Below are positions 39,044-50,869 of a stretch of DNA of 64,000 nt, in pieces. This DNA comes from Planktothrix sp. GU0601_MAG3 (GTDB lineage Bacteria; Cyanobacteriota; Cyanobacteriia; Cyanobacteriales; Microcoleaceae). The stretch is taken from the NCBI GenBank assembly GCA_035193785.1, contig CP136572.1:512001-576000 (forward strand). Direction: 5' to 3'. Numbering within the stretch: position 1 is the first letter of the stretch; each line of letters begins with the position of its first letter. A program made the position numbers and the translations under genes. Under the pieces are notes generated by a model. It saw nothing but the letters and a program-made list of their open reading frames with translations, was not told the DNA's origin and ran no database searches.

Positions 39044-39729
39044 TGAGTAATATTGAGTGGAGTCCCCAACAATGGCTACCTCAACCGAAACTTACAGAAG
39101 ACGAATTTGAACGTCTACGAAGTGAGGCGATGCGTGGCATTTTTGAAGCTGTAACATTGATGCCAGATCTCGCTGATGTGGTTTTAGATAATTTTGGGAT
39201 TGTTGATGACGATATAGTGGGAGATGAATTACCCTATGGTACTCATGGGGCGTTGTCTAAATATTTCACTGTTGAGAATGGACGCTCAATGGGCGAAAAA
39301 AACTACATTGAAGGCTCAATTCCCTACATCAGTAGTGGTGACTCAACAAATAGTATTCTCAGTCTGATTGATCCTGTTTCCGAGGAAATATTTGAGCAAG
39401 GAGGTATTACAATCACAGCATTTGGTAAGGCAGCATTACAACCTTGGTCATTTATGGCTAGGGGCAATGGGGGCAGTTCAGTTCGAGTATTACTGCCCAA
39501 GTACAAAATGAGCCTAAATGAATTACTGTGGTTTGTCGTACAAATCAACAGGCAAAGATGGCGTTTTTTCTACGCACGGATGGCAATTAAGGGGCGCATT
39601 GCTAATCTAGGGGTTAGTGCACCTCCAGAGGCTTTGGTCGATACTGGTAAAACGGTGTTTGAGCGAGTTCGAGCCTTTCGTGAACAACTTGAAGATCTCG
39701 TTCATCTCAAAACCAAGTTTCCCGTGTGA
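39043..39729 (+). CDS. R-M specificity (S-like, single TRD) subunit
   Basis: TAATG stop/start overlap with the RM gene; LSKYF..G.S....GSIPYISSGDSTN TRD-like motif. Confidence 0.7.
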   Translation: MSNIEWSPQQWLPQPKLTEDEFERLRSEAMRGIFEAVTLMPDLADVVLDNFGIVDDDIVGDELPYGTHGALSKYFTVENGRSMGEKNYIEGSIPYISSGDSTNSILSLIDPVSEEIFEQGGITITAFGKAALQPWSFMARGNGGSSVRVLLPKYKMSLNELLWFVVQINRQRWRFFYARMAIKGRIANLGVSAPPEALVDTGKTVFERVRAFREQLEDLVHLKTKFPV

Positions 39730-39894
39730 AGATGTCACGGCGGCGGACGGACGAAAGTTTCTGGTATAGCAGTTTCCACATCTATTAGGACATTCTTGAA
39801 AGCTAAAAGCTGCTCATAGTAAGTATTTACCTATAGCCAGATTGCCTATTCCCTATTACCCCTTGCTATATCAGGTTTATGATCATTAACAACT

Positions 39895-40857
39895 ATGAAT
39901 AATCCTCAAGTTATTTGTATAGGTGAAATCCTATTTGATCGGTTATCAAATGAATTAGGAAAACCCTTAGAAACCGTGCAATCTTGGACAGATTACCCCG
40001 GAGGGGCTCCGGCTAATACGGCTTGTGGGTTAGTAAAATTAGGGATTCCGACGGCTTTTATCGGTTGTATTGGGGAGGATGAATCGGCAGGGCAATTAGT
40101 GGAATTATTAACTAAAATTGGGGTTAATATTACCGGAGTTCAACGCCATTCCCTCGCCTCGACTAGAATTGTTTATGTGGTTAGAGATGAACAGGGCGAT
40201 CGCAGTTTTGCAGGATTTGGAGAGCGAAAAACCACAGAATTTGCTGATACTTATTTGCAGTCAGAACAACTCTCGGAAGAATTATTTAAAACCGCACAAT
40301 TTCTAGTTTTAGGAACATTAGAACTAGCCTATGAAGACAGTAAAAATGCTATTTTAAAAGCTGTTAAATTAGCTAAATATTATCAAGTTAAGCTGTTCAT
40401 TGATATTAACTGGCGACCGATGTTTTGGCAAGATCCAGACCCAGCAATTGCACTGATTTTAAACTTTGTTCAAAATGCCGATTTTCTCAAGTTAACCGAT
40501 GAAGAAGCCGAATTATTATTTAATACTATAGATCCAAAAGCGATCGCTCAACAGTTACAAATTCAAGGAGTATTCGTCACCGCCGGAGAACGGGGTTGCA
40601 CCTATTATTTAGCCGGGAATTATGGGAAAATACCCGCATTTTATGTTAATGTGGTCGATACAACCGGAGCCGGAGATGGTTTTACCGCCGGAATTATTTA
40701 TCAATTCTGTAAATTAGGAATGGAATCAATTAATCATCCTAAAATAGCTGAACAAATAGTTAGGTTTGCTAGTGCAGTTGGGGCATTAACTACAACAAAA
40801 CCAGGTGCTATTTCAGCCCAACCCAGCTTAACAGAAGTGGAAACTTTTTTAGATTGA
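39895..40857 (+). CDS. PfkB family carbohydrate kinase (fructokinase-like)
   Basis: PGGAPAN.A, DINWRP..W, VDTTGAGDGF. Confidence 0.92.
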   Translation: MNNPQVICIGEILFDRLSNELGKPLETVQSWTDYPGGAPANTACGLVKLGIPTAFIGCIGEDESAGQLVELLTKIGVNITGVQRHSLASTRIVYVVRDEQGDRSFAGFGERKTTEFADTYLQSEQLSEELFKTAQFLVLGTLELAYEDSKNAILKAVKLAKYYQVKLFIDINWRPMFWQDPDPAIALILNFVQNADFLKLTDEEAELLFNTIDPKAIAQQLQIQGVFVTAGERGCTYYLAGNYGKIPAFYVNVVDTTGAGDGFTAGIIYQFCKLGMESINHPKIAEQIVRFASAVGALTTTKPGAISAQPSLTEVETFLD

Positions 40858-40946
40858 TTCTGGGATAATTGGAATTAGTCTCCTCAAAAATAGAGAGATT
40901 TTGATATTATTCAAACCGTGTTAGCTGGGTTTCCTAACCCGATAGT

Positions 40947-41165
40947 TTAGGGTAACAAACTTCTAATTCCCCATCCCACAAAAATACCAGCAAAAAATGC
41001 CCAAATTTGCCCGCTTTTAACAATATGGTTCCAGGTTCTAACGAAATCACCAATAATATCCACATTCACTTGTTGAGCTAAAATCGTTCCGTGGGCGAAC
41101 AAATTTAAACCGTGATCAAGAAAATGAAACCCGTCAAGAGGATTCAGTATTAGAACAATCATCAT
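40947..41165 (-). CDS. Small cyanobacterial membrane protein
   Basis: ILAQQ...W...VKSGQIWAFFAGIFVGWGIRS. Confidence 0.6.
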   Translation of the reverse strand: MMIVLILNPLDGFHFLDHGLNLFAHGTILAQQVNVDIIGDFVRTWNHIVKSGQIWAFFAGIFVGWGIRSLLP

Positions 41166-42606
41166 TGTCGCTGACCTTGCTAGATTTTACTTGCAATACT
41201 ACGAGGGTCATATCATCCCCATTACGGTTTTCTGCACCAATAAATTGTTGAACTTGTTCAAATAAATAATCCAGAATTGCCTGGGGATTTATACAATTCT
41301 GACACGCCCAATGGAATGCTTGACTGAGATTTTCCTCATCGAAGCGATCGCCCCGTTGATTCATCGCATCTGTAAATCCATCGGTATAATAAATAATTGT
41401 ATCCCCTGGATAAAGTTGGATTTTATCTTCATAGTAACGACTATCCGCATCTAATCCAATTAACATTCCCAAGGTATCCAACCTTCTAATCGTATTCGTT
41501 GCCATTTGCCATAATAACGGGGGATGATGGGCCGCGTTGCTATAGGACAACATTCGAGTCGCCGGATCATATTCCGAATAAAATAACGTCACAAAGCGGT
41601 TAGAATTTTCCAAATCCGCATACATAACTTGATTCAAATGCCCCAAAATCAAGGAAGGAGAATGACGGTTTAATACCTCAGCCCGCAACATTCCCCGGGT
41701 CATGGTCATAATCAAACCCGCCGGAACTCCCTTACCCATGACATCGCCGATGACAATACTCCAGCGTTCATCGGTATAGACAGAAAGATGATCACCCCGT
41801 TTGTCGAAATTAGAGGGAATAAAATCATAATAATCTCCGCCCACTCGGTTCGCGGTTTGACATTTGGCGGCAATATCTAAACCCGGAATAGTTGGGCATT
41901 TTCGAGGCAGTAATTGTAACTGAATTTCCGCCCCAATTTCCAATTCTCGATCTAATCTTTCTTTCTCCCGTAGGGAAGTTGCTAACTCATCATTGGCAAT
42001 AGCAACGGCCGTTTGATCCGCCACCAACCGGATTAATTTTTGCCGGGTCGGTGTCCAAACATAATTGACATCATGACTAAAAACATATAACCGTCCCCGC
42101 CCGATATTATTCACTAAAATCGGTGTCCCAAATAACTGGACATCGGGGCCAAGATAGCGACTGACTTGATAATCTAAATTGGCCGTATAGGTTTGTAAGG
42201 CAGATTCTGAGAGGTCTTCTAACCTTCCTGTGGTGGAGAAGGAGGTAATTTGTCGGGTTACGGCTTCGATCGCTTGCCGAATATCCTGACATTGGCGTCC
42301 TTCCTGACAATGGAGCCGTTGAAACCGGACTTGTCCATTGGGTTTAAATAATACTAAGGCCCCCCCATCAGAATCCGTCACCCGACTAGCGACTAGGGGA
42401 GTTAACTCCAAAAATTGATTCAGGTTGTTGAAGCTACGCAGGGCATACCCCAAGGAACTTAACAACTCGTTCACGTTTTGCTGTTCTCGATGCAAACGCG
42501 CCACCATTTCCTTGAGGGCAAAAACTGGCGTTGTTTCAGGTGTTGCAGAACCCGTAATCGAGTCAGCAAATTGATCAGAGCGTCTAGGGAGGGGCAAGGC
42601 TGTCAT
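41134..42606 (-). CDS. GAF + SpoIIE/PP2C-type Ser/Thr phosphatase
   Basis: RELEIGAEIQ, VGGDYYDF, IGDVMGKG, YTDGFTDA, GDDMTLV. Confidence 0.92.
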   Translation of the reverse strand: MTALPLPRRSDQFADSITGSATPETTPVFALKEMVARLHREQQNVNELLSSLGYALRSFNNLNQFLELTPLVASRVTDSDGGALVLFKPNGQVRFQRLHCQEGRQCQDIRQAIEAVTRQITSFSTTGRLEDLSESALQTYTANLDYQVSRYLGPDVQLFGTPILVNNIGRGRLYVFSHDVNYVWTPTRQKLIRLVADQTAVAIANDELATSLREKERLDRELEIGAEIQLQLLPRKCPTIPGLDIAAKCQTANRVGGDYYDFIPSNFDKRGDHLSVYTDERWSIVIGDVMGKGVPAGLIMTMTRGMLRAEVLNRHSPSLILGHLNQVMYADLENSNRFVTLFYSEYDPATRMLSYSNAAHHPPLLWQMATNTIRRLDTLGMLIGLDADSRYYEDKIQLYPGDTIIYYTDGFTDAMNQRGDRFDEENLSQAFHWACQNCINPQAILDYLFEQVQQFIGAENRNGDDMTLVVLQVKSSKVSDNDDCSNTESS

Positions 42607-42627
42607 CTAAAACCTCACGGGGGAAAG

Positions 42628-42849
42628 GAAGGGGGGGTAGGGGAGTAGGGGGAGCAGGGGGAGCAGGGGGAGCAGGGGGAGCGGGGAGAGCAGGGGGGGC
42701 AGGGGGAGCAGGGGGAGCAGGGGAGCAGGGGGAGCAGGGGGAGCAGGGGGAGCAGGGGGAGCAGGGGAGGTAAACTCTTTTTATTACCCATTACCCATTA
42801 CCCATTACCCATTACCCATTACCCATGCGTAATTCGTAATTCGTAATTA
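42628..42849. repeat. Composite repeat cassette A: (GGGGGAGCA)n - GGTAAACTCTTTTTA - (TTACCCA)6 - (TTCGTAA)n
   Basis: Read directly; lies between ftsY and the phosphatase gene. Confidence 0.9.
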
Positions 42850-42854
42850 TTGAA

Positions 42855-44427
42855 CTAGCCACTGAGGAGGGCTTCAATAAACTCGTAGCTGGAAAACGGG
42901 CGCAAATCTTCGATATTTTCCCCAACTCCGATAAATCGAATCGGTAAGCCGAGTTGCTGGACAATCGCTAGGGCAACACCACCTTTAGCAGTTCCATCGA
43001 GTTTTGTCAAGACTACTCCACTCAATTGAGCTACTTCGGAAAACACTTCGGCTTGGCGCAAACCGTTTTGACCCAGGGTAGAATCCAATACTAACAAAGA
43101 TTGGATTTTAGCGGATGGAGCGCGTTTATCAATAACTCGACGGATTTTATTGAGTTCCTCCATTAAATTCTTTTTATTTTGCAGACGCCCGGCTGTATCA
43201 ATAATTAACAATTCCGTATTTCGAGATCGGGCTGCTTCGATCGCATCATAAACTACCGCCGCCGGATCGGTATTTTTTCCCGGGTTCGCCACGACTTCTA
43301 CCCCGGTGCGTTCCCCCCAGACCTTCACCTGATCAACGGCCGCCGCCCGAAAGGTATCTCCGGCGGCTATTAAACAACGATAATCGGATTTTTGGGCTAA
43401 ATGTGCTATTTTGCCAATTGTAGTGGTTTTACCCGCCCCATTGACTCCGGTAATTAACCAAATATTTAAGGTATCTTTTTCTGGTGCAAAGCTAATCGGA
43501 TAGCCCTGGGAAAAGGGTTTCTTCTAAAATTCCCCTTAATATTTGTTTCAGATAGGCGATCGCCTGTTCTGGGGGAAGGGCTTCTTGACGCAGTTTATTT
43601 TGTAGGGCTTCAATGACGCGATCGGTGGCTGCGACGCCTACATCCGCCTGCAATAGCATGGATTCAATTTCATCAACGGCCTGTTGATTTAATGGCCCTT
43701 GACCAACAATGGCTTTTAATTGGTTAAGTAAGTTGCGCCGTGTCCTTCCTAGGGCTTTCCAGAGTTTCTGTAACCAGGTAATTTCTTCCAGGGCCACTTG
43801 ATCGGGACGCCGACCTTGATCGGCTAAGACCTGGGCTGACCACATAAAGATCTCATCAAACACCATTCCCGCTTCCCCTGGGGCTGTTTGGCTGGTTTCG
43901 GGTTCCGGTTCAATGGCGGTTTCTTTCAGCCGTTCTAGGCGGGTTTGGCGTTCTGTGGTTGATTCTGCCCAAAAGGGAGCAGGGGGGGAGGGGGGAGTAG
44001 GGAGGGCAGGGGGGGCAGGGGGAGTAGGGGGAGCAGGGGGAGCAGGGGGAGCAGGGGGAGTAGGGGGGGAGGGGGGAGCAGGAATAGACTCTAAAACAGC
44101 TTCTAGTTCGGGTTCTGTCTCCTCAACTGCAATGGCTTCTACAGGGGTTTCAAGGGTCGTTTCTACTTCTTGAGTTTCCTCGGTTAAAACCGTCTGTTCA
44201 ACTTCCGGTTCAACTTCCGGTTCCGGTTGTTGTTGTTTTTGAATATTTTGATAAGCTGCCTTTGCCCACTGTAAATAATCTTCGGAAATTTGGGGTTTTT
44301 CTTCCGAAATATCGGCTGTTTCAGCAGGTTGATCTACCTTGACTGGTTCAGATTTAACCTCCGTTTCCGGTTGCTGATTTTGATCGGTTTTTTCATTAAA
44401 TTGACGACGAAACCAATTGAATACCAT
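42855..44427 (-). CDS. ftsY: Signal recognition particle receptor FtsY; frameshift at 43517
   Basis: Acidic N-terminus, [42 protein letters not shown]. Confidence 0.95.
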
Positions 44428-44462
44428 AGTTTTTTTTAATATCTAAGGATTGAAAAGTGCCG

Positions 44463-44729
44463 GCAGGGGGAGCAGGGGAGGCAGGGGGAGCAGGGGAGCG
44501 GGGGAGCAGGGGAAGCAGGGGGAGCAGGGGGAGCAGGGGGAGCAGGGGAGCAGGGGAGCAGGGGAGGTAAACTCTTTTTATTACCCATTACCCATTACCC
44601 ATTACCCATTACCCATTACCCATTACCCATTACCCATTACCCATTACCCATTACCCATTACCCATTACCCATTACCCATTACCCATTACCCATTACCCAT
44701 TACCCATTCGTAATTCGTAATTCGTAATT
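44463..44729. repeat. Composite repeat cassette B: (GGGGGAGCA)n - GGTAAACTCTTTTTA - (TTACCCA)18 - (TTCGTAA)3
   Basis: Same order, linker and orientation as cassette A; lies between nusB and ftsY. Confidence 0.9.
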
Positions 44730-45360
44730 ACTCCAAAACGGTGGCGGTGGCTTTTAATTTATCGACAAATCGACGGAGAACGCCGTTAACGAAGCGATAA
44801 CTTTCTTCGTCACTGTAGCGTTTTGCCAGTTCAATGGCTTCATTGATTGCCACTTGTTCTTTTAAATCTAAATACATTAATTCGGCAACGGCAATGCGGA
44901 GAATATCGCGATCAATTCGGGGGAGTCGGTTGAGTTGCCAATCAACTAAGACGTCGGTTAATAACTGATCAATTTCAGCTTTATGGGTATTAACTTGAAT
45001 CAGAATATCAAGGGCATAACTACAGACTTCTTGTTGATTGGCTAATTGTACTAATTCCGGTAATTCAATGGCGGTACTCAAGCGATTGATTGCTCCTTGA
45101 ACTAAATCAATGGCTTCATAAACCATTGTTCTAGCACTTTGTAAATCATTAGCTCGAATTTGGCTATTTAAAAGGCGATCGCTACTGCGTTGTAGTTCAG
45201 AAACCGCCGTTTCTAAGGACTCCTGACCTTCAGCCGTTAAAGTCCTGACGGCGGCAATTAAAACATCATGTAATTCTTGAGTTTCTAGGCGCTCCGAAGT
45301 CGCAGGAAGTTGGCTAATTCCAAGTAAAGCGAGTTCACGGGCAGTACGACGGGCTTGCAT
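44728..45360 (-). CDS. nusB: Transcription antitermination factor NusB
   Basis: [43 protein letters not shown]. Confidence 0.95.
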   Translation of the reverse strand: MQARRTARELALLGISQLPATSERLETQELHDVLIAAVRTLTAEGQESLETAVSELQRSSDRLLNSQIRANDLQSARTMVYEAIDLVQGAINRLSTAIELPELVQLANQQEVCSYALDILIQVNTHKAEIDQLLTDVLVDWQLNRLPRIDRDILRIAVAELMYLDLKEQVAINEAIELAKRYSDEESYRFVNGVLRRFVDKLKATATVLE

Positions 45361-45393
45361 AAGTTTAAGAATTTAAGAATAAAGATTGTCCCT

Positions 45394-46144
45394 CTAATTT
45401 TCGCTGACCCCAATGCCCTCATCTTCTAGGACAATAGCTGGAATTCTATTTTCGCTTTTCAGCAGAGATTCTAATGGAGGTTCAGATTTGGGGTTAAGGA
45501 CTTTCAGTGTTGATGAAGATGTTGTGTTGACAATTCCACCGGATACGATAATTTTGAACGCATCTTCTACCGAGAGGGTCAGGTTAATGACCTCCTGCTG
45601 TGGAACAATAGCATACCATCCACTGGTGGGGTTTGGGGTCGTGGGAATAAACACACTAACCATTTCCCCGGGCAATTTGGACTGCATATCATCGCCCACA
45701 GACCCGGTGACAAAGGCTAGTGACCAAAGACCTCGACGGGGATATTCTACTAAGACAACACGGCTGAATTTATCGTTAGAATCTCGTAAAAGGGTTTCTA
45801 AAAGTTGTTTCAGGGTTTTGTAAACCGAACCCGCTAGGGGAATTGCTTGTAAGATTTTTTCACCAAAGCCCAAAAGCCATTGTCCCGCGATATTGCGGGC
45901 CATCAAACCGATAAATAATATCCCGGACAGGGGTACGGCTAACCCGACTAAAACATTCAGTAGGTTAACTAAAATCGGATGCAAACCATCAAAGGGATTA
46001 ATTTGCTTAGGAATACGGGTCAGAAACTCAATTACGGAAACTGGAGATGGTGATGGTCAACCAAATCGTGGTTGCTAGGGGAATCACGACCAACAGACCC
46101 GCAATTAAGTCGTTTTTTAAGTCCTGCTTCAAGCGTTGGAACAC
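45394..46144 (-). CDS. DUF502 family membrane protein; frameshift at 46037
   Basis: GTG start, FQRLKQDLKNDLIAGLLVVIPLATT..., VVLVEYPR, VFIPTTPNPTSG. Confidence 0.88.
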
Positions 46145-46234
46145 AGAGCGTCCAGTCTCCTTTTTTTTGGGTGTTTCTCTTTCCTATTATTAACGATTAT
46201 CGGTCTTTGCAGCTATCTATCTTGACGGAATGGG

Positions 46235-49200
46235 TCAATTACCCAGGGTTAACTGTCGAATCTGTTGAAATTGAAAATCCCGGGCTAAAGTCCTCAGACT
46301 GGTGGCTAAAGCTTGATGTTCGCGGGGAATTTGTTCAACTAAATGTAAAACTTCTTCTTCATCACAGAGGAGACAGGCTTCTTGTAGGGCGATAATCCAT
46401 TCCCTGGACATCACTAACAGACTTTTGGGGGTTAAGGGCGGGTTAACGGTGGATGAAAGAATGGAGGAACCGTGGGCGGAGGTGGTGGAGTCTGCATAGA
46501 CATATTTTAATTTTAAATATTCAGCCATTTTACTGAACAGTTCATCTTCTTGGAAGGGTTTACTCAAGTAGTCATTACATCCGGCTGATAAAGCTAAATT
46601 GCGATCGGTTTTGGAAGCATAGGCGGTTAAAGCGATAATCACGGTATTTTCACCCTGTAAACTCGCGCGAATTCGTTGGGTCGCCTCATAACCATTCATA
46701 ATCGGCATCCGAATATCCATCCAAATTAGATGGGGTTGCCATTCTTGCCATAAATGCAGGGCTTCTTGTCCATTTTCCGCTTCTTTAACCTGTAGGCCGA
46801 TTTGAGTTAATAATTTGATCATTAGTTGGCGATTTTCGGGTTGATCATCCACCACTAAAATTTTATATTCTGGTTGACCCGCAGCTAAACTTAAGACCTG
46901 GCGACTAATTTCTGGGGATTTAATTTGGCTGCTCTGGGTTACTAAGATGGGAATTTCAAACCAAAATATACTCCCGACCCCCAGGGTACTTTTTACCCCC
47001 AAATTTCCCCCGATTAACTCAACAAATTTCCGCGTAATTGTTAATCCTAAACCTGTCCCTTCTAGGGCTTTCTTACCCGATTGACTTTGAATAAAAGCAT
47101 CAAAAATATTATTCAATTCCGCTTCAGCAATTCCCACTCCCGTATCCTCAATTTCAAATCTAAGAATTAGATTTTGGCCGTTGACCGTTGAAGGTGGGCG
47201 GTTAGTTATTGACCTTTGAATCTTAGGTGTTAACTGTTTATATTCAGTAAGTGAGGGCGCACTAATATCACAGGACTGACGCCAACGCACTACCTCCCCC
47301 ACTCCCCCTGCTTCCCCTGCTTCCCCTGCTCCCCCCGCTCCCCCTGCTCCCCCTGCTCCCCCTGCTCCCCCTGCTCCCCCTGCCCCCCCTGCTCCCCCTG
47401 CTCCCCCACTTCCCCTGCTCCCCTGCTCCCCCACCTCCCCCTGAACCCAAGATACAGTTAAACTCACCGCTCCTTTCTGGGTAAATTTAATCGCGTTTCC
47501 TAAAATATTAATTAAAATTTGGCGAAGTTTATTGGGGTCTGTGATGATATATTGAGGAACGTTCGGTTGAATATTCAGACAAAATTTTAAGCCTTTGGTT
47601 TCGACTCGTAAACGGAACATTTCCCAAATGGATAAAATTAAATAATTCAAATCAAAGGTACTTTCGTCGCAGGTCATCCGCCCGGCTTCTATTTTAGATA
47701 AATCTAAAACATTATTGATTAAATGGAGCAGATAATCACCACTGCGGCGAATAATTTCTAAATTTTCTTGTTGATAGGTAGGAAGGGCAGAATCATGGCT
47801 CATTAGTTGAGCAAATCCCAAAATTGCATTTAAAGGAGTTCTTAACTCATGACTCATATTAGCAATAAAAATACTTTTAGTTTTATTCGCAACTTCTGCG
47901 GAGTTTTTGGCTTTTTGCAGTTCTAATTCTACTTGTTTGCGATCGCTAATATCTAAAACTGTACCAAACAGTTGTACAATTTTTCCCTGCTCATCTCTGA
48001 CTCCTTCTCCCCGCACTTCTAAATATCGAATTGAAACCATCGGTGCGAATAATACGATAATCGAGTTCATAGGAAATTCCCGATTGAATCGCTTGTTTAA
48101 TATGATGTTCAATATTCCGAAGATCTTCAGGATGAACATACTGTAAATACTCCACATAACTCGATTCAGTCCGGGTTTTTTCTAATCCAAAAATCCTTAA
48201 CATTTCCTCTGACCAACTCACTTTCTGAGTGGCGACGTCAAATTTCCAATTGCCAATATGAGCAATGCGTTGAGCTTCCACTAGGGCTTCCTCACTTTGT
48301 CGCAATTTTTCTTCAGCAATTTTTAGTTCGGTTAAATTTCTAATACTAATCACAACCCCAGAAATATTCTGATTTAGTTCATAATAAGGGGCGTAGGTAA
48401 TACTCAAAAATTGATGTCTTAAAGAGGGTAAATCTGACCAACAATGGTAATGAATCACTTCTCCCGCTAAACACTTTTCTAAGTTGGGTTTCATAATCTT
48501 TTCAAATTGGTCTTGACCGACAAAATCCATCACTGGACGACCCATTAATGCTTCTAAAACTTGATGATAAAGATTCAAATAAGCCGGGTTTGCTAACTGA
48601 TAGCTATAATTACGATCAATCAAACAAATTTGATCCGTTGTCGCCGCCACAATTCTCTCATAACGGCGTAAGGCTTCCTCTGTGCGTTTGCGTTCACTAA
48701 TATCTTCACAAATTCCCATGGCGGCAATAATTTGACCTTGGGAATTCCTAACTAAAGCAGTCGATAAACTAATATCAATTAAAGATCCATCTTTGCGTAG
48801 ACGTTTGGTTTCTACTTGGCTTAAGGTATTAGCTGAAAAAGTATTTTCCACTATTTGTTGAAGTTCTACTTGAGAATCCGGGGGAATTATCGGTAATTTT
48901 TTACCCCTGACTTCCTGAAAATTCCAACCAAAAATCCGTTCCGCCGCCGGATTCCAGACTAATATATTACCATTATGATCAATAACATCAATCGCCACGG
49001 GAGCCGCTTGAATGGTGGCTTGTAATAAGTCATTAATTGCCTGTAAGGTGGCTTCAGTTTGTTTCCGTTCTGTGATATCTTGATAAACTGTTAAAAATAG
49101 TTCTCCCCATTCATCTGCTAATAATACTGTTGAAATTAATAGGGTTTTAGTTTCTCCTGATTTGGTGATAATCGTGGTTTCAATATTATGTAATGTCCCT

Positions 49201-50807
49201 TGATGAATCACCTGTTGTAACCGTTCCCCCGCCCGTTGATAGGCTAGATTATTAGGATAAAGTAACCGCATAAAATCGGGATGACTTTCCGTGTCTTCTA
49301 AACCATATCCAGTGATTTTTTCTATTTGAGAATTAAAGATTAAAAATTCTCCTTTAGAATTACTTAATGTGATTCCATTGCCAATAGTTTCAATCACCGT
49401 TTGTAATCGTCTTTGGGTAATTTGAAGTTCAGATTGGGCTTTTTTACGATCATTAATATCAACCCAATACCCCACGATTTCTAAGGGTTTACCTTTTTTA
49501 TCTCTAACTAATCGCATTTGCATATCTAACCAATGATAGGTACGATCTGCGTGTAGAAATCGATATTCATAATTGAAGACATCTCGCTTTAAAATATGCT
49601 CTAATCCCGATCGTAAAAGTTTAATATCTTCAGGATGAACATGGTGTAACCAAAAACCGGGATTTCTGAGAAATTCATGGGCGTAATAACCCAATAAATG
49701 ATGGACATTCTCACTGATAAAAGTAATTTCATATTCCCCTCCTTGTTGACAACTAAAAATCACGGCGGGACTCACAGTTAATAGATATTGTAACCGTTCA
49801 CTGACGGATCGTAATTCTAATTCCACTCGTTTCCGTTCGGTAATATCTAATAACACTCCACCGACGCCAGAAGCACTACTATTAATATTGGTAGATAGGG
49901 GAAAAAATGAAGCCATCCAATAACTACGAACCCCGGGACAATTATATTCACCACTAATTTCTAAATCTAAAATTGGTTCGCCTTTACTTAATACTTCATC
50001 ACAGACAAATTCTAAAATTGTGGTATATTCAGAAAATACATCTTGAATCGATTGACCAATATGAGTATGAGCCGGAATCCGGTGCATTTTTGCGATTGAA
50101 TTATTAACTTTGATAAACTTTTTTTGATCATCTAAAATTAATAATCCGGCGGGAGCACAGGCAAAAAAAGCATCTAACCAGGATTCTCGTTGGGCTAATT
50201 CTTCTTCCAGTTGTTTCCGGTGAGTGATATCTTGAACTTGGGTAATAAAATATAAGGGATTTGCTTGATGATCTCGAATAATAGTCGCACTGAGTAAAGT
50301 CCAAATAATCTGTCCCTGTTTATGGATATATCGTTTCTCAAGCTGATAGGTTTGGATTTGATTATTTAATAGGCTATGGAGATACTGGGTGTCTGTTGCT
50401 AAATCATCGGGATGGGTAATGGTTTGAAAACTTAAATTGAGTAATTCTGATTGGGTATAGCCGACGATTTCACATAGGGCTTGATTAACCCGTAACCACT
50501 GACCATTTAGACCCAAAATTGCCATACCAATTGAGGCACTTTCAAAGATACTTCTAAATTGTTTTTCACTTTGGAGCAGATGGGTTTCCCGTTTATAGAT
50601 TAAGAAAATCAAGCCACTCAAAATCAAAATAATAATGTTATAAATCAGATAAATCAGAATATCATCAGTGAAAATAAACTGACTAATACCACCGACAAAA
50701 ATCAGCAATATTAAACAAAAAATTAATCCATTAATCGAGATATAAAAATCTTTGAGATCTGTTAAAAGTTGAGTAGGATTTGATGAAAATGATTGTTTAT
50801 TACCCAT
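46235..50807 (-). CDS. Membrane-anchored multi-PAS hybrid histidine kinase with receiver domain; frameshift at 48033; repeat-derived insert in the HATPase domain
   Basis: Two TM helices, several PAS/PAC domains, H-box [11 protein letters not shown]-box NAIKFT, DTGVGI, GTGLGL, receiver MDIRMP. Confidence 0.92.
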
Positions 50808-50869
50808 CAGAACACCTGCCCTTTTCGGTGAATATGGTTAGAATTATCTGAGTGAAAAAACGGTTGACA

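Noticed and set aside
37387..39729. This R-M system as the cause of the GAAC errors through a bipartite GAAC(N)x site, as in AloI/PpiI/PsrI
   Set aside because: I compared the flanks of the 28 sites by eye and saw no second half-site. Not formally excluded without motif analysis.
39730..39770. Possible attC-like remnant after the S subunit (GCGGACGGACGAAAGTTTCTGGTAT)
   Set aside because: No complete R''/R' box pair or integrase is visible, so it is too weak to call.
43913..44173. Gly-rich ORF on the plus strand (also 47268-47450)
   Set aside because: These are shadow frames of repeat inserts within ftsY and the kinase.
44450..44713. 87-aa ORF (GSRG.../PITHY repeats)
   Set aside because: It is simply a translation of the nonamer and heptamer DNA repeats.
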